Source: an uncultured virus (IMG/VR IMGVR_UViG_3300044616_001484) (lineage: Duplodnaviria; Heunggongvirae; Uroviricota; Caudoviricetes). Taken from it: a stretch of 64,000 nt of DNA. The stretch is taken from IMG/VR virus record IMGVR_UViG_3300044616_001484. One strand, given 5' to 3'. Under the pieces are notes generated by a model. It saw only the letters and a program-made list of their open reading frames with translations. It was not told the origin of the DNA and did not search any database. The translations under genes were made by a program, and so were the position numbers. Shown one piece after another: positions 43,952 through 54,438 of the stretch (the stretch's first letter is position 1; every line of letters begins with the position of its first letter).

Positions 43952-45607
43952 TTATGTTGGATACCAAATAACACCATCTTGCACAAATTCTTCATCATCG
44001 TCTTTATTTTGATCATTCATTGTTATTAAAATATTATCATCTTCGGGTTTTTGAGCATCTTCATAATTAAATTTGGCACTTTCAATCAAATCTGCATAAT
44101 ATTCTTGTCTACTCAACCAAGCAAAAAACACCAAAGTCATCACCATATCATCATTGTGGCCCTCTTCTGCTTTGTATGTATTAGATCTAGAAACAAATGT
44201 TGTCAGTTCTGTGATAATTCTTTCATCATTTAATAAAATTTTATCCTCTTCTATTAGTCTTTTGAGAATTGCACATCCCAATTTTTTGGTTTGTGCAGTT
44301 GTTCTGAGACCCATTTCACTTTTTCCTTGGGCAAATCCCTGAGATAAAATTTGTCCTTTTCTGCCCATTATGCGTGTCATCAGCACATTTTCATATTCTA
44401 AGTCATTGTAAAGTATAGAAGAAACTTGACCACCTATATCATTTGTTTCAACTAAAACATAAGCATTGTTATATTTTTCTCCTACTTTTTTAATAACATT
44501 CGGAAAGTTAAACGGACTTATAACATTATTTCTATACGATGCAACTATTTTATATGGCGCAGTTGTGCCGTCTATTACTGTAAAGGCAGAATAGTCCGAT
44601 CCTTGACCTCTACAAACATCAGCTTGCAAAAAGTAAATTTTATCTTTTTCTGGTTGATTGAATACTCTAAGACCTTCTGAATCTTCTTCCAAAGGTTGTT
44701 CTGGAGCCAAAACATTTAATTTTGATGAAGATATTAAAGTATTTGATGAACCTAAAAAGCTGCAACCATATTCTTGTTCAAACTGATCCGGACTGGTATT
44801 GGCTATTTGTTCGTCTGCCCATGCATCGTCTCTTAATTTTGGATTTCCCGGACTTATCGGAGTATCTCTCCAACTAACGTCAACTGGAATAAATTTATTT
44901 TTTAACTTATGTCCTTCTTGCCGATTAGCATCGACCCAAAGTTTATGAAAATGGTTCATTCCATTAGGTGTAGAAACAATTACAAGTTTTGTTGTAGTAC
45001 CAGCTGAAATGGTTGGATATGTCGCTGTATAGAACTCTTCAGCTACATGGCTTGGCAAGAAGGCGTACTCGTCAAGCAGCAATAGGTTATAAGAGCCACC
45101 ACGGATCGCTGTAGAGGATGTAGCATCACACATGACTCTTGAACCGTTTTCTAATTTAAAGCTCGTCTTATTCCATTCTACTACTCCTTGCTGAAGAAAA
45201 TGTGGTAAGTTTTCATATGCAAGTTGAAGTTTGGAAAAAAGTTCTTCTTTTGCGGTCTTTAACCGGTTTGCCAAAATTGCTACGTTAACGCTTTGGTTAA
45301 AAGTTATGTAATGGCAAATGTAGCTAGTTACACATGTGGATTTACCGCACTGACGGGGCCATTTTGAGATTGTAAATCTATTCTGATGGATTGCGTTTAC
45401 AAATTTTTGCTGATATGGGTACAGATTAAAAGACACAACTCCTTTATCAAGTGTTTTTACTTTTACGTATTTTTCACAAAAGTAAACTGGATTGTTTGCA
45501 CACTTAATGTATTCTTCTAACTGTTCTTTTGTATACTGTAACTCTATTCCCGGTAACTTTAGATTGGGGTTATTCCGGTAGCCTTGGTTGGTGTTTTTGT
45601 TCATCAT
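43952..45607 (-). CDS. gp17: Terminase large subunit
   Basis: PRQCGKST, LDEYAF, STPNGMNHF, FEQEYGC.F.GS, HNDDMVM. Confidence 0.97.
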   Translation of the reverse strand: MMNKNTNQGYRNNPNLKLPGIELQYTKEQLEEYIKCANNPVYFCEKYVKVKTLDKGVVSFNLYPYQQKFVNAIHQNRFTISKWPRQCGKSTCVTSYICHYITFNQSVNVAILANRLKTAKEELFSKLQLAYENLPHFLQQGVVEWNKTSFKLENGSRVMCDATSSTAIRGGSYNLLLLDEYAFLPSHVAEEFYTATYPTISAGTTTKLVIVSTPNGMNHFHKLWVDANRQEGHKLKNKFIPVDVSWRDTPISPGNPKLRDDAWADEQIANTSPDQFEQEYGCSFLGSSNTLISSSKLNVLAPEQPLEEDSEGLRVFNQPEKDKIYFLQADVCRGQGSDYSAFTVIDGTTAPYKIVASYRNNVISPFNFPNVIKKVGEKYNNAYVLVETNDIGGQVSSILYNDLEYENVLMTRIMGRKGQILSQGFAQGKSEMGLRTTAQTKKLGCAILKRLIEEDKILLNDERIITELTTFVSRSNTYKAEEGHNDDMVMTLVFFAWLSRQEYYADLIESAKFNYEDAQKPEDDNILITMNDQNKDDDEEFVQDGVIWYPT

Positions 45608-46034
45608 TTATCACTTCCGCTTCCACAACATCTTTGTTGGTGCTTCTTTCTTTATTTAAAAAGTTTTGTAAATCTTTTGTAGACCCAACAAATAAAGAAT
45701 TATTTGTTTGTTTTACTTCCACTTTTGAGCCAGTTGTATCTTTAGCTTTTTTGTGTACGTCCAAAACATTGTTGTTTAGTTCTGCCATGGTTTTTAATAA
45801 TATTGCAACAACTTCAAAAGCTCTTGGACTATCAGATTGAGTTGCAACTTTAAGGGCACTCTCTAAAGCAACGTTTCCTGTACCAATCAAATCTTTTATA
45901 TTTGATTGTACCAATTCATAGTCTTTTTGAAAATTTGCTGAATCAAATGTTCCACCGTGCAAATTTTGTTTTGGCTCCGGTGCTTCATTTAATGGCACAG
46001 AGAACAACTTGGCTAAATTTTTATTTACATTCAT
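45570..46034 (-). CDS. gp16: Terminase small subunit
   Basis: SPRAFEVVA, NNSLFVGSTKDLQ. Confidence 0.92.
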   Translation of the reverse strand: MNVNKNLAKLFSVPLNEAPEPKQNLHGGTFDSANFQKDYELVQSNIKDLIGTGNVALESALKVATQSDSPRAFEVVAILLKTMAELNNNVLDVHKKAKDTTGSKVEVKQTNNSLFVGSTKDLQNFLNKERSTNKDVVEAEVINDEQKHQPRLPE

Positions 46035-46037
46035 GTG

Positions 46038-46697
46038 TTAATCAAAATCAATAATATTATTTGGACTACTATCAATTGTGGTAGCTCCTGCAACAGCTCC
46101 GTAAATATACGATTTGGCTATAAAATTAAAAGTAGATATATGAATTCTTCTACTATTTAAATCTCCCTCGTATCTGTCAGTAAGATTGTTTGATGTCATA
46201 ATAATAGGAACATTTACTTGCTGACCTCCTTCATTCAACTGCATTGATATGATGTGATCTGGAACAAAATAAGGCATTATCTGCTCAACTATTTGCATCA
46301 TATCATCAACGTGTCTTGTATAAGCAAAAAGATTAAAGCTTATATTTACAGGTATTTCATTAGCAATCTGCTGTCCTGTATTTTGACATACTCCTTGATT
46401 TGAAGACAGATCAAGCTTGCTTGCAAATCTTGTCCTTCTTCTTGAAGGATCTGGAGAAATAGAATTCATTATAAAACTAATTCTAGGCAATTGATTTTCA
46501 ATTCTAGTTCCTTCGGTAATAGAAGAAGGATTTAACAATCTTTGTATGAATTTTTCTTGCGATGAATATGTTACGGGAACACGCAATATTGTATTGGGTC
46601 CGCTCTCATTGTCATGAGAAACATATATGTTGCTAAAAAGAGTACCAAATCCAACAATTAATCTCCGCAAGCTTTTATTATAATAATATCCAAACAT
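46038..46697 (-). CDS. gp15: Tail sheath stabiliser/terminator
   Basis: FGTLFSNI, VPVTY...EKF, LPRISF, QIVEQIMPYF.P. Confidence 0.92.
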   Translation of the reverse strand: MFGYYYNKSLRRLIVGFGTLFSNIYVSHDNESGPNTILRVPVTYSSQEKFIQRLLNPSSITEGTRIENQLPRISFIMNSISPDPSRRRTRFASKLDLSSNQGVCQNTGQQIANEIPVNISFNLFAYTRHVDDMMQIVEQIMPYFVPDHIISMQLNEGGQQVNVPIIMTSNNLTDRYEGDLNSRRIHISTFNFIAKSYIYGAVAGATTIDSSPNNIIDFD

Positions 46698-47365
46698 TAG
46701 TTTCCTTCCGTGCAGCCGTCTGCTGGGTTGTTTGCATCAAAGTCGTATAAGAAAGCCTCGTCATCAAGTATCTTGTTAATACCAGCTGTAGTGCCAAGAT
46801 TATTGTTGAGGGGATCAAATGTAACTCCAGCAACGACTCCCGTACTTGTATAAGGTTTATTAATATCTGGATTGAAGGTATTGATCTTCTCGTAACTGTA
46901 CGTAAAGAGTTCTGCAGTTATCTGGTATGAATAAAGTTTGCCTAGAGGATATAGAGGATTTTCATGCTCTACAAAGTTTATTTCAAAAAGAGATTTTGAA
47001 AGAGGAAAGTAAATTAAATCGCCTTCTCTTGGTCTAGTAATGCTAGAGTTGATATCGGTAACTTGTTCTTTGAACCTTTTTCTGGCCATCAACAGATTTA
47101 TTTTATCTTTAATTTCGATTCCAAACTGTGTTATTACATCCGTACCTTCAAATCCTTTATAGGACATTATATACATTTCAATTGTATAAGTTTGATCAAA
47201 CGATGTTGCTGGATCTTCACCAAAAAGACGGTCTATGTTAAAATAGTTTCTAGGAACATAAATGCAGTCTTGACCAACTGTTTGGATAATTTCAACAGTA
47301 ACATCTTCCAGCAATTTTTGTTCTGCTTGGAAAGATGATAAGTTAATATATGGATTTATCGCCAT
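46697..47365 (-). CDS. gp14: Neck protein
   Basis: Y.PR, FGED, FGIEI.D, RPREGDLIYFP, FEINFVEHE.P. Confidence 0.93.
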   Translation of the reverse strand: MAINPYINLSSFQAEQKLLEDVTVEIIQTVGQDCIYVPRNYFNIDRLFGEDPATSFDQTYTIEMYIMSYKGFEGTDVITQFGIEIKDKINLLMARKRFKEQVTDINSSITRPREGDLIYFPLSKSLFEINFVEHENPLYPLGKLYSYQITAELFTYSYEKINTFNPDINKPYTSTGVVAGVTFDPLNNNLGTTAGINKILDDEAFLYDFDANNPADGCTEGN

Positions 47366-47367
47366 TG

Positions 47368-48195
47368 TTATCCTATCATTGGGTCTACTGGCAACTCATA
47401 GTTCTTCATCAGTTGCGATTCAATCTCAGCTATTTCTCTTGCTGCTTCTTGCATTATTGCGGGAGCGTTTAATGAGGCTCCACCGGGAAGCGGAACTCCG
47501 GTAAACTTCATCAAATTTTGCGCCCATTGTTTCTTTAATACTGCAGCAAAGTATTTTTTAAATATTCTATCTTGCCAAATTTTTGGATATTCATCTTCGC
47601 TTATTTTTACATATGCTTCTACCATCAAATAACGAGATGTGTCTAGCTTAGTGTGATCCGTATCTAAAAACAAACGATCTGTAGTCTTGGTGTAGGTATA
47701 AGAAAGAGGATAGTTAAAAATGTCATTTACCAACTTAAGGTATGACATACCTTCCATGTAAGCAGCCATGGGTCCATTGGAATAACCTGATTGATTAAAG
47801 TAAAGACCAAAGAAATCAAATAAAGTCATCTGATAGCGAAGATCAAACATATAATCACCAACTTTATAGCTTGGTGCATAAACTTTAGAAATGGTTAAGA
47901 TATCTGTAGCATTTGGCCAATATCCTGTGGTGCCATCTGGTGCAGTTCTTATTTGGGCACCCAATGCTGGACCAAATTGAGTAGTATCAAAATATTTTCT
48001 ATTTACATCTTGCGATTGAACTTGATAAACGTATATTGCTCTTTGATTAAAATCAAAGTGCCTTTCCTGCATGTAAATTAAAGCTTCGTCCAAACGATCC
48101 TCTATTTGTTGGGGATCTACGTTTACTTGGACTACTGGTGCCCCCAAGGTGCGAAGGGTGTAATCTATGAATTCTTGTCGGGTGGTTATGGCCAT
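47368..48195 (-). CDS. gp13: Neck protein
   Basis: LGAPVVQVNV..Q.EDR.DEAL, KKQWAQNLMKF.GV.LPGG. Confidence 0.94.
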   Translation of the reverse strand: MAITTRQEFIDYTLRTLGAPVVQVNVDPQQIEDRLDEALIYMQERHFDFNQRAIYVYQVQSQDVNRKYFDTTQFGPALGAQIRTAPDGTTGYWPNATDILTISKVYAPSYKVGDYMFDLRYQMTLFDFFGLYFNQSGYSNGPMAAYMEGMSYLKLVNDIFNYPLSYTYTKTTDRLFLDTDHTKLDTSRYLMVEAYVKISEDEYPKIWQDRIFKKYFAAVLKKQWAQNLMKFTGVPLPGGASLNAPAIMQEAAREIAEIESQLMKNYELPVDPMIG

Positions 48196-48203
48196 CTTAG
48201 AAA

Positions 48204-48211
48204 TATTTATG
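48204..48211 (-). promoter_or_regulatory. Late promoter variant CATAAATA
   Basis: 8 nt upstream of gp13 ATG. Confidence 0.6.
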
Positions 48212-48653
48212 AATTATCTATTATTTTGTTTAAATCATTCACAAATTTTTCTTTTTGTTCGTTTCCGCCTATTGTGACGTTTATAAATTGTAATTTTTCT
48301 GGATCAAAGTTTTCTATCTGTTCTTTTCTAAACCGGGTTTCTATCGTATATGCATTGGGGTCATAATTTGAAAATCCGGGCATCTTTACTGGACAACTTA
48401 AAGTCGGATAGTCAAGTTTTGAATAATCATCCGAGTTTTTTATGAGCCAAGTATGTTTTTTATCTCCGCAACCACATTTACCACAGTAATGATTTCCCGG
48501 AGTAGAGCTATTTCTTAAAAACGGACATGGTTTAATATCTTCATAACCAAAACAAGACAAAGCTCTTAATTGTTTTGTGGGTATATCAGTTTTTGTATTG
48601 TTTATTCCGCGTGATGCCAAAGATGCAGCAAACATCATCATTTTTTTAAACAT
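48207..48653 (-). CDS. Small Cys-rich protein
   Basis: R..SC....PCP...YCGKCGCG...LSCP. Confidence 0.7.
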   Translation of the reverse strand: MFKKMMMFAASLASRGINNTKTDIPTKQLRALSCFGYEDIKPCPFLRNSSTPGNHYCGKCGCGDKKHTWLIKNSDDYSKLDYPTLSCPVKMPGFSNYDPNAYTIETRFRKEQIENFDPEKLQFINVTIGGNEQKEKFVNDLNKIIDNS

Positions 48654-48665
48654 AGGTCAAATGTA

Positions 48666-49298
48666 TTATAGTGTGGTGTAAATTATAGAAATTCCGGCAG
48701 GAACAGCATATGTTTCTAAAAAAGTTTTATATAACATTAATGTATCATAGTAAGACGAATTTATTTTTATATTCATAACTGCAGCCGTAGAGGTGCTTAC
48801 TAAAACAGAATCCCAAGGTATTCCCAACAAATTGCAAATCAAATACTTTATAGCTTCGGGAGTTCCCTTTACATTAAAGTAATTTGCATCGGCATTAATT
48901 GAAAATTTCTTAACATTTGGGATCAGAGATACAAAATTTTCTTGACTAAAATCTGCTCCGGGAAAATAAAAATCAAGATAAGCTTCTAAAAAAATTTCGT
49001 TGGCTAAGGGTATGGTTCTTAATTTTTCCCAATCTAACTGAGCACCATAACCATATTCCAAAGAAAGCAACCACCGCATATAGTTTTTAATAATTTTTGT
49101 AACAAGTACATCAGAGCTTTCTTCGGCTGCTTTTACAATCCAAGATGGAAATAAAGATTCGATTGTAAGTTTATCTGCAAGCCATTTTTGATTTTCAATG
49201 TCATAATAATCAGAATTGTATAATGTCTTTGCTCTTGAAATTAAAGCATTTATTTTTCCATCTACTGAAGCTGGTTGTGTACTAAAAAAGATTATCAT
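48666..49298 (-). CDS. Short gp7-like baseplate wedge protein
   Basis: LFPSWI, Y.RWL, YFNVKGTPEAIKYL, PAG; follows gp6. Confidence 0.6.
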   Translation of the reverse strand: MIIFFSTQPASVDGKINALISRAKTLYNSDYYDIENQKWLADKLTIESLFPSWIVKAAEESSDVLVTKIIKNYMRWLLSLEYGYGAQLDWEKLRTIPLANEIFLEAYLDFYFPGADFSQENFVSLIPNVKKFSINADANYFNVKGTPEAIKYLICNLLGIPWDSVLVSTSTAAVMNIKINSSYYDTLMLYKTFLETYAVPAGISIIYTTL

Positions 49299-50371
49299 TG
49301 TTGGTAAATAACTGTTATACCGGCTGGTGTTAAATCTGAAAGATATGTAAGCAAACTAGAAACATCAGTTGAAGAAAGACCAGAAACATAAACTTTAACT
49401 TCTCCCGGATACGATCCATTTGATACCGTTATCAATGATTCGGTGCTTGTTCCCGATATCCCAGAACTCATTATTGCATTTTTGTAATCATTTAAAGTAA
49501 CACAACGTTCTTGTCCGGTTGCTTTAAATAATAATTTTGCTCTTGCTTCTGCTACTGAAATTTGATCATAACCACCGCTGGGAAGAGCAAATGTTCCAAA
49601 AGTTACATCACTTCTTGAAGTTATAGTTGCACTATTTGCTACGCTTCCATTTGAAAGAATTGCCTGTATTAAAATATTACTATTTGTAGTGACTTCTCTT
49701 GATGAAGCAAAATTATTTGTTACCATATACCCTTGTGGGGAATTCATAACAGTAAAATGCGTATTATTTCCAGTTGTTGTTGTGCTGGACTTATCTACCC
49801 GTGTCCACTTTATAACATTGTTGCTACCAATCTGGGTCTCGTACATATTGATTGTCGCAGGATCAACATTAAATGGAAGAATACAACTTTGGTTATCAAA
49901 GTTATAATTTGTAAAACTTACTACCTCAGTTCCGGAATATAATGTTATACTTTTTGATGTATTTGGTAAAACTTGTTCAGTATTAAAGAAAAACACATCA
50001 GCACCATTGGTTGCTCTGGCCTTGAATGTCGTGTAATCTTCAAGCGTAACACCAGCAATAGTTACGGTTCTTTGAGCTTTTGCTGATTGTATTGGAGCAA
50101 CTAAAACAGAAGAGTTAGAAGCTATTCCTAAAATAGACTCCATAACATTGGCGGTAGTTGCAAAGCTGTTAACAAATCCAAATTGTGCATATATACCGTT
50201 ATATGCCGTTACCGTGGACAAAATATTTAAAAGAAGATTTACTGAACTAGCTTCATTTCTAAAATCCAAGTCTTTTAAATCACTTTGTTGCTCTAAAAAT
50301 GATATAAGTGAAGATTTAATATCATCAAAGTCCAAAGAAGCTACGTTTAAATTTGTTAGTTGATATGTCAT
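49295..50371 (-). CDS. gp6: Baseplate wedge protein, short (358 aa)
   Basis: LDFDDIKSSL..FL, GG.D..S, Q.RCVT..DY, PGEVKV. Confidence 0.85.
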   Translation of the reverse strand: MTYQLTNLNVASLDFDDIKSSLISFLEQQSDLKDLDFRNEASSVNLLLNILSTVTAYNGIYAQFGFVNSFATTANVMESILGIASNSSVLVAPIQSAKAQRTVTIAGVTLEDYTTFKARATNGADVFFFNTEQVLPNTSKSITLYSGTEVVSFTNYNFDNQSCILPFNVDPATINMYETQIGSNNVIKWTRVDKSSTTTTGNNTHFTVMNSPQGYMVTNNFASSREVTTNSNILIQAILSNGSVANSATITSRSDVTFGTFALPSGGYDQISVAEARAKLLFKATGQERCVTLNDYKNAIMSSGISGTSTESLITVSNGSYPGEVKVYVSGLSSTDVSSLLTYLSDLTPAGITVIYQQ

Positions 50372-50748
50372 ACTAATTCTACCTCAACAAAGCATGAAGC
50401 ATTGTTTTGTGTTTTGATTCCATCAAATATGCTAAAATTAATTTGGAATGAAAGCTCTTCATTTTCTTGGGACAAAAGCTCAACTTTCACATCACTTATT
50501 TGTGGTATAGCAGCCTGAATATATGCTGCCAAGTTTAATTCTAAAAGACCGGCATCATTTGTTCCAAAAATATAACTAAAGTAATCCGAACCCATGTTCA
50601 TATCAGAAATGAGCTCTCCTTTTTGAGTCTTCATTATATGTTCAATGTATTGAGAAATAGCATTAAACCCTGTCACAATACCAATGTCTTTTTTGGTCTG
50701 TGCAGTTTCTACTTTTTCTAATAAAATTGAAAAATCTCGTATAGCCAT
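50368..50748 (-). CDS. gp25: Baseplate wedge/sheath initiator
   Basis: AI......T.KGE.....GS; position before gp6. Confidence 0.75.
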   Translation of the reverse strand: MAIRDFSILLEKVETAQTKKDIGIVTGFNAISQYIEHIMKTQKGELISDMNMGSDYFSYIFGTNDAGLLELNLAAYIQAAIPQISDVKVELLSQENEELSFQINFSIFDGIKTQNNASCFVEVELV

Positions 50749-50753
50749 CTAGT

Positions 50754-50761
50754 TATTTAGT
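50754..50761 (-). promoter_or_regulatory. Late promoter variant ACTAAATA
   Basis: 5 nt upstream of gp25 ATG. Confidence 0.55.
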
Positions 50762-51577
50762 TTAGGTATAATCAGCTGCGTATGTTCCGCCAGCTTGGAT
50801 TGAAGATAGGTTTTCTGGTATTCTGGTTACAGAAAGAGCGGTTTCATGAGCTTGCGTCGTAACAACATGTTTTATTCCAATAATATAATAATAATTATTT
50901 AATGGCGATGATGTGCTTGAATACGGATATCCGCTAGCTGCATTAACATTAATATATACAACTTGACCCAATTTTAATTTAAAATCGCCAGCAACAGTAA
51001 AGTCTGCTTTTTGACCATATTTTAAAGCATCTAAAAATTCAACTCTTTTAATTGGAGTTATTTTTGGAGTGTTCCAGAAAGTGGCCACATTTTGTCTTAG
51101 TTTTAAATAATTTACAAAGTTTGGACCAATATCAGGGCATGTGCAACTAAGAGAAGCTTCTGGAGTTCCCCAAAGACATCCAAGCCAGCTTGTAGCCAAT
51201 TGTGAATTAATTTCTGCACACTCTACCGATGGCTTTTCCAAATACATGTCAACTGGAGTAAATGTATTTGTTAAGTTTGGATTGGGAGCAGTAGAACCAG
51301 TCCATAAAGTATAGTTGTATTTTTTAGTTCCGCCTGAAGCACCAGATCCACCTGATGCACCAGAAGATCCTGAAACTCCACTCAAAAATCCAAGATAAGT
51401 TGCTATATCTTTTATTCCAGTAAAACGGTCAAAACATTCATCAATTGTGTTTGGTATTCCAGTTACGCCTCTAGTTATAGAAGAATTTGCACAAATATAT
51501 GTGTCTCTTGAGTTTAGACCATATAAAGCTTCTTGGCTATAATTTGTACCATAAGTTTTTATTTGATTTGTTGCCAT
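50762..51577 (-). CDS. Baseplate hub-like protein, C-terminal part (gp27/GpD-like)
   Basis: VAGDFKLKLGQVVYI...YYIIGIKHVV...HETALSVTR resembles hub C-termini. Confidence 0.55.
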   Translation of the reverse strand: MATNQIKTYGTNYSQEALYGLNSRDTYICANSSITRGVTGIPNTIDECFDRFTGIKDIATYLGFLSGVSGSSGASGGSGASGGTKKYNYTLWTGSTAPNPNLTNTFTPVDMYLEKPSVECAEINSQLATSWLGCLWGTPEASLSCTCPDIGPNFVNYLKLRQNVATFWNTPKITPIKRVEFLDALKYGQKADFTVAGDFKLKLGQVVYINVNAASGYPYSSTSSPLNNYYYIIGIKHVVTTQAHETALSVTRIPENLSSIQAGGTYAADYT

Positions 51578-51588
51578 GTTATTCTTCC

Positions 51589-53592
51589 TTAACCGGTATT
51601 TCCACCAGTATTGCCCCCGTTAGCTCCTCCGGTACTCCCAGTATTCCCGGAGCTGGGAATCGTACAGCAACCGTCAAACGCATTTTCTGCCGTAAAGTAG
51701 TAAACGTAATTATTGCCATCAGTATACTTACATAGCTTTACAATATGAAAAATATCTTCTCCGATAGAGAGTGTTGTAGCTTTTGCACCAATTGGTCTCA
51801 ATTTAAATCCAGCTGGGGCACAGCTGCTTATATATCCAGTTGGGATATATCCAGTGGTCAAGCCTCGTTCATTCAAATTTATGGCCCATGTATCGTCTTG
51901 AGTATTAGAAGATTTTAATATATCAAATCCCCATTTTTCAACTTGATAGAATAAATCTATTCCACAAGATCCACCCGATGCACCCGAACCACCAGAATTT
52001 CCTGTTCCACCCGATATACCAGAAGTAGATCCCGTTGTTCCTTCAAAAGACAATTTATTCCATTTGTATCTGTATTTTTTTCCTACAGAGTTTCCTGCAG
52101 GACAATTGCTATCTTCCTCATAACGCAATAATGCTGCAAAGAAACACTCTTCTTCTTTTTTACCCATGCAACACAAAGAATACATTATAAAATTTTGCAA
52201 TTCTATTCTTCTAATTTCTTCAAGTCTAGCTGCAGCACCAGATGCACCGACAAGATTTTCAGCTAAAAATGCGTTGTATCTAATATTCATTACTTTTTGT
52301 AAATACGTATTTACACCCGGAACAAGTGCAGCTGAACCAACACTATCTGGATAATTTGGATGGACTTCCGTCATATCAAACATGTTTTTCCACATTTCTG
52401 TGTTATCAACAAATTGCATGTAACCAGATGAACCCATAAAATTCATCTTAGAGTAAACATTTTGTGTTCCAAAGTTTTGTCCAATCAAACTATGATGTGA
52501 TGCATCGTTAATAGCATCTAAACCATCATAATAACCCCAATGAGGTTCGTATACTACTTGTTCTGCACCGGGAACAGCTATGCCAGTTCCATCTGTATCT
52601 ATTAGTTCAATATTGTACTTTTGACCTTCGTCTTGAAATTGATACATTAACGATTTATAGTTATATGAATCAATATCATCTGGAGAGGTTATTCCTGATG
52701 GAATTAGATCTAAAACTTTTGGAGTTTTCTTTATGTAATAATAGTTCTTTGATATAAATTGATACGCTGGATTGGTTGTGAAGAAATAAGCTTTTCTATA
52801 AACTTTTTTATCTGAAAGTTTTTGTATAACAGCATCACCATCAAGAATGCCTATTCGTCTGTAATCTGCATCCAACGTTGCTGCACTAGGATCATCTTGT
52901 GGATTTCTATGAAAATATTTAAAATTTACAGTTCCATCAAATTCAGTCCAAAACATGTATTGTGGTACACCATATTGAACTCCAGCATGGACGGTACTCA
53001 CTGCACTAGAAGCAAGATAATTTAAATAATCAATTGGGTTGTCTGCAACTGCTTCTTGTCTATCATAAAAAGTATTTAAAGGTCTATACAAAACATAATT
53101 TGATGTTGGGTCTGAATATCCCGAAGCTCCATTAAATGCTTTTTGTTTTACTAAATTTACAAAGTCATTTACCAAATAAACATTTGGCTTTTTGATGTTT
53201 AAAATTGTATTTAAAGATGTTTTTTGTACAGCAGTATAGTATGGATTAGATATGTAAATTCCAACAAAGTTTTCTTCAGTATCAGATGCTGCGTTATTTA
53301 AATAGCTGACACTTGTTACTACGGTTGGCCATTTATTTCCATTAAAAAATTCTATTACTACTTTATCAATATTATACTGTTTTATTCTTCCAACAATATC
53401 TTTTGTATCTCTTACTATGACAACACCACTGGGAAAAACATCGTTAATGTTTTCTACCAATTCTAATCTTTCAAATTGGCATTCAGTATTTTGTATTAAA
53501 ATATTAACAGATTCTGAGTTATAGCTACTTTGTAGATAAATGGCTTTAACCGTAGAATAAGCTGGATTAAATTCACCTTGTGTATTTGGCAT
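51589..53592 (-). CDS. Baseplate hub-like protein, N-terminal part plus appended domain
   Basis: LELVENINDVFPSGVVIVRDT and YMFWTEFDG.VNFK hub-like motifs; follows gp53. Confidence 0.55.
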   Translation of the reverse strand: MPNTQGEFNPAYSTVKAIYLQSSYNSESVNILIQNTECQFERLELVENINDVFPSGVVIVRDTKDIVGRIKQYNIDKVVIEFFNGNKWPTVVTSVSYLNNAASDTEENFVGIYISNPYYTAVQKTSLNTILNIKKPNVYLVNDFVNLVKQKAFNGASGYSDPTSNYVLYRPLNTFYDRQEAVADNPIDYLNYLASSAVSTVHAGVQYGVPQYMFWTEFDGTVNFKYFHRNPQDDPSAATLDADYRRIGILDGDAVIQKLSDKKVYRKAYFFTTNPAYQFISKNYYYIKKTPKVLDLIPSGITSPDDIDSYNYKSLMYQFQDEGQKYNIELIDTDGTGIAVPGAEQVVYEPHWGYYDGLDAINDASHHSLIGQNFGTQNVYSKMNFMGSSGYMQFVDNTEMWKNMFDMTEVHPNYPDSVGSAALVPGVNTYLQKVMNIRYNAFLAENLVGASGAAARLEEIRRIELQNFIMYSLCCMGKKEEECFFAALLRYEEDSNCPAGNSVGKKYRYKWNKLSFEGTTGSTSGISGGTGNSGGSGASGGSCGIDLFYQVEKWGFDILKSSNTQDDTWAINLNERGLTTGYIPTGYISSCAPAGFKLRPIGAKATTLSIGEDIFHIVKLCKYTDGNNYVYYFTAENAFDGCCTIPSSGNTGSTGGANGGNTGGNTG

Positions 53593-53593
53593 G

Positions 53594-54433
53594 TCAACTA
53601 TATTTAACTGTTATAAATTGTGTTTTTAATGTACCTATTTCACTAGGAAGGAAGCATAAAATGTTTTTTGATTTGTCTTCAACAACTTTTAATACACTTA
53701 CGGGAATTGTTTGTGTAGGCTGAACAGGTACTGGCGCAGCCTTTTTTTGATCTGTTGTTGGTAAAGATGAATATGTATTTTTAAAAATAATTTTACCATC
53801 TTCTGGTTTTTTAATTTCTACAGTAGTGTCCAAGTATTTTTCTTTATTGCTAACATAGGCATTGTTATAAACAGAATACCCAGTTGCTGTCGGATATATT
53901 ACGGTTAACTGTTGGCCGGTAGAACCGGTCGGAGTCATGAATGAATACGTTGCACCTTTTTGGTCTTTTATTACCATATTTCCATCATAAAAAGATACAG
54001 ATTCGATAATAGAAATTGGACCGTTTAAGTCAAAATTTCCAATATAACCAAAACTAGAACAAGAACCAGTATTTGCAATATATGGTGCAATTATACTTCC
54101 TTGGGGAAAAGCTATTCCCGTAGTACCACTTACATTTTGGACTGTTGCAAAATTTATTTTATTTTCATTTGTTTTTGTAAACAAAACAGTATTGTCAGAC
54201 AACAGATCAAATGGATTTATTTTTTTTGCAGCAAGTAAAAAAGCCCAAAAATTATTTAAATCTTGATATACATCGTAGCTGGCCTCTAGTAAAGTTGTTT
54301 TTGAATCTACCAAAACATTATCAGTGGAAAGAGATACAGCATCTGCATCTATATAAGTAAAAAAACTGGATATATTAAAATTTCCAATTGTTGATGCAAA
54401 AGATCTTTTTGGCAGGTTTTCAAAATACTTCAT
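53594..54433 (-). CDS. gp53: Baseplate wedge protein
   Basis: MKYFENLP, SYDVYQD.N.FW..LL...INPF. Confidence 0.7.
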   Translation of the reverse strand: MKYFENLPKRSFASTIGNFNISSFFTYIDADAVSLSTDNVLVDSKTTLLEASYDVYQDLNNFWAFLLAAKKINPFDLLSDNTVLFTKTNENKINFATVQNVSGTTGIAFPQGSIIAPYIANTGSCSSFGYIGNFDLNGPISIIESVSFYDGNMVIKDQKGATYSFMTPTGSTGQQLTVIYPTATGYSVYNNAYVSNKEKYLDTTVEIKKPEDGKIIFKNTYSSLPTTDQKKAAPVPVQPTQTIPVSVLKVVEDKSKNILCFLPSEIGTLKTQFITVKYS

Positions 54434-54438
54434 AAGAA

